39,227 nucleotides of DNA from Folioceros fuciformis (taxonomy: Eukaryota), in NCBI GenBank assembly GCA_049999805.1, contig JBNGIO010005990.1:125114-164340 (forward strand), in the 5' to 3' direction. Below the pieces are notes generated by a model, which was not told the DNA's origin, made no database searches, and was given only the letters and a program-made list of their open reading frames with translations. Both the position numbers and the translations under genes were made by a program. Positions 37,992-39,227 of this stretch are shown piece by piece; the stretch's first letter is position 1; every line of letters begins with the position of its first letter.

Positions 37992-39227
37992 TAGCATATG
38001 GTGTTCACTTCATGTTTGGTATGTTGCATACTCTTGACAGAGGGTAAGAGATTTTTTAGAGAGGTTTACAGAAGTTGAGAGTAACCATGTGCTAATATGC
38101 ATCAGATGTGGAAGCTACCTTCCATGCATTAGAGACCTAAAGAAAGGGCTAGATAAGCCGAGGGCCAACATGTGGCAGTACAGACCAATCAGTGATGGAA
38201 GCTCCGTCTCGAACTCTTGATAAACCACACACAGAAGTTCACTCATGAGCTCTAGAACGACTAGTTTATGGATGCTTAGGCTTATGAAGCTCGCAAAGGT
38301 AGAAATGTGGTAGCACCTCACATGTTGAATTGTGTTTGTAAGCCTTAGGTTGGTGTAGGTGGACACTAGAGATTGAATATGAGAACTTATAAATGAAATT
38401 TTGCAAGTCATTCCGGCTATGCTAATGAAAAAGACTTCTCGTCAGCTTTGCATTGCAGGATGTTCTCTTCCTTCTTTCCCACACATGGAACCTTTGAATA
38501 GGAAAGCTCTTAGACCACATGAACCTTGGAATAGGAAATATTTTTTTGAGAAAAAAGAAACTTTTCTCATACTCTTGTATTTGTTTTTCCTCTCTTTCTT
38601 TTGGTCTTCCCATGGATATGTTCTGGCACCATACCGGCACCCGTACGGATACTCCATACTTGTAAGGAATATTATTAAGAAAATGAAGGAGCCCTGCATT
38701 CTATGCATGCACAATATGTATGAGCGACCGCACTATACAATGTAAATTAAAAAAAAAAGGGAATAAGAGCACGAGCGTGGCACGGCGTAGCATCAGCAAG
38801 AATCGTGCCTCCAGGTGCCCCGGTTATCCTATTTCCTTGGGGGTCGTGTTTTGTTAAGGAAGCCTCGTGTCCTGCTTCCCGGAGCCCTGGTGGCCCCCCC
38901 GAAGCAAATTCTGTCCATCCTGTTGGGTTGTCCGCAGGGTGTGCAGCAAAGTGTATGATCTGCACGCTCTTACATGTCGATCGCTGCACGGGACCATTTC
39001 CTCATTTCCTGCCGCACTCTCCTCTGCCACATCGTGAGATTGGTACAGTAGCTTGTGCAGGTGCAGGGCCTTGTCAAAATCCGGATTCTGGGAGACTCGA
39101 ATTTCGGCAATGAGCTGTAGTTGCGGGGCGTATCCAGGCTTCTTTGAAATTTTTTGAAGTTATCGGGCAGCGGATGTTTGGAGGTGTCCTGGGCGACGGG
39201 GAACAGTTGTAGGGATACCGTTTACTC

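Noticed and set aside
37560-38760. Possible LTR or other TE in the AT-rich right-hand region ending in an A-run
   Set aside because: No paired LTR, PBS/PPT, TIR or TE protein motif was identifiable; only the local tandem repeat is reported.

Overview
Eukaryotic land-plant genomic DNA with short GT-AG introns and two 100-N assembly gaps; the compact, ~50% GC, short-intron style suggests a non-seed plant such as a hornwort or lycophyte (inference only). Four intron-containing + strand genes dominate: a homomeric cytosolic-type acetyl-CoA carboxylase (2848-13019, about 31 exons, one GC-AG intron), two tandem NIN-like protein (NLP, RWP-RK) paralogues (17449-21457, complete with PB1; 23654-26998, lacking PB1 in its terminal exon), and an ER-type P2A Ca2+-ATPase of the ECA1/2/4 type (32328-36454). 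The most unusual element is at the left edge (63-1297): a decayed polyprotein-like fragment in which a retropepsin-like segment is followed, across a gap, by a C5-cytosine DNA methyltransferase domain (motifs I, IV, VI, VIII in order). This is a probable relic of a DNMT-carrying LTR retrotransposon. Intergenic DNA also holds a LINE 3' remnant amplified into successive tandem repeats, a palindrome-rich 32-bp array upstream of the first NLP, a TTAGGG-type telomere-like tract and possible LRR pseudogene debris. All calls are by eye, without database searches.
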